Positions 62,801 to 64,000 of a stretch of DNA of 64,000 bases are shown piece after piece (position 1 is the stretch's first letter; the number at the start of each line of letters is the position of its first letter). The notes under the pieces were generated by a model. The model saw only the letters and a list, made by a program, of their open reading frames with translations, did not search any database and had not been told where the DNA came from. This DNA comes from Callorhinchus milii (lineage: Eukaryota). The stretch lies in the NCBI RefSeq assembly GCF_018977255.1, contig NW_024704742.1, positions 1-64,000 of the forward strand, read 5' to 3'. Position numbers and translations under genes: made by a program.

Positions 62801-63304
62801 CGCCAGGCTCCACTGATTGATTTCAAGTTCCTCATTCTCACTTTCAAATAACTTCATAGCTTGTCACCTCTCAACCATTTCAATCTGCTCACACCCCACT
62901 TGACTCCTCTACACTCAGCTGACTCGGGTCTTCTTCACATCCCTTCTCTCATCTGCTCCACAATTGGCTACTGTGCTTTCAGCCACTACACTAGAATCTC
63001 TGTCACTCATTGCCTCAGTTCCTTGCCCCCTTTTTAACAGTTTTGAAATCAAACCTGAAGAGTTTCTTCTTCCACCGTGGCTTCCGTCATCTCCCCAAAC
63101 CATACTGCGTTAAGTCCTTCAAGATGCTACCCGAGTGAAGGGTGCTGAATAAATGCAAGTTGTTGTTGTAGAAATTAAGGGAGCAGTTGGTGAGACAGAA
63201 GTTGCCCATTTAAGCAAAAATAGAGAACAGTAGCAACAACAACAAGATTACATTTGTATAGTGCCTTTCACGTCGGGAGGATGTCCCTAGGCGCTGATCT
63301 CAAT

Positions 63305-64000
63305 CATAGAATCGTACAGCACAAAAAGAGGCCATTCGGCCCAGCGAGTCTGTGCCGGCTCTTTGAAAAGAGCAATGTAATGTCAATCCCACTCCCCAGT
63401 CCTTTCCCCATAACTCTGCAAACCCGTCCTCCTCAAATACCCATCCACCGCGTCTTTAAAAGTAATTATCTAATCGGCCTCCGCCGCCTTTTCAGGCAAT
63501 GCATTCCAGATTCGAGCTACTCACTGTGTGAAAACATTTCTTCTCACCTCCCCTCTGCTTCTTTTAGAGACTATTTTGAATCTGTGACCTCGAGTCACCG
63601 ACACATCCACCAGTGGAAACTGTTTTTCCCTTTCTAACCTATCAAATCCCCTCACGATTTTGAAAACCTCTATTAGGTTTCCTTGTAACCTTCTCTGCTC
63701 CAATGAGAATAATCCTATCCTCTCCAGCCTTTCCTCATAATCAAGGTCCCCCATTCCTGATCCCATCCTCGTAAATCTCCTCTACACCCTTTCCAATGCC
63801 TTAACATCCTTCCTATAGTGCGGTGCCCAGAACTGGGGCAGTATTCTAACTGAGGCCTAACCAGTGTTTATATGGGTTAATCATAACCTCCTGACTCTTG
63901 TACTCTATGCCCCTATTTATAAAGCCAACTATCCTATATGGCCTTTTTACAGCTTTATCTCCCTGTCCTGCACGTTCAAGGATTCATTTACCTGCACCCC
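63305..64000 (-). mobile_element. Second copy of the CR1 3' end
   Basis: Duplicate of 36845-37541. Confidence 0.92.

Larger units (their letters stand above)
53997..64000 (+). repeat. Near-identical second copy of ~27620-37541 (haplotig or recent segmental duplication)
   Basis: Colinear at offsets 26378-26460; identical ORFs in the track; only scattered SNPs and indels. Confidence 0.97.

Overview
Vertebrate genomic DNA, most likely from a cartilaginous fish: the dominant tRNA-Ala-headed, Deu-domain SINE and the CR1/L2/Penelope content resemble elephant shark or other shark repeats (inference, not searched). The window is a repeat-rich mosaic. (1) 1-5170: tandem array of ~10 units of 541-554 bp, each carrying a SINE, with two interleaved unit variants. 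(2) 5.2-8.7 kb and 12.5-15.6 kb: two purine-rich GA satellite blocks, among older local duplications. (3) Minus strand, 23.2-30.8 kb: eight GT-AG exons encoding the C-terminal half of TPX2. No 5' exons were found, one internal exon was not found, and there is a frameshift that arithmetically compensates for that missing exon. (4) About 0.9 kb further on, same strand: two orphan internal exons of RTF2, phase-compatible with a TPX2-RTF2 fusion. (5) Many L2, CR1, Penelope and hAT relics, several nested. (6) 53.3-53.7 kb: promoter plus signal-peptide exon 1 of a CXCL8/IL-8-like chemokine, cut off by a 30-N gap. (7) After the gap: a near-identical second copy of 27.6-37.5 kb, either an uncollapsed haplotype or a very recent segmental duplication. 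Nearly all long ORFs in the ORF track are repeat artefacts.
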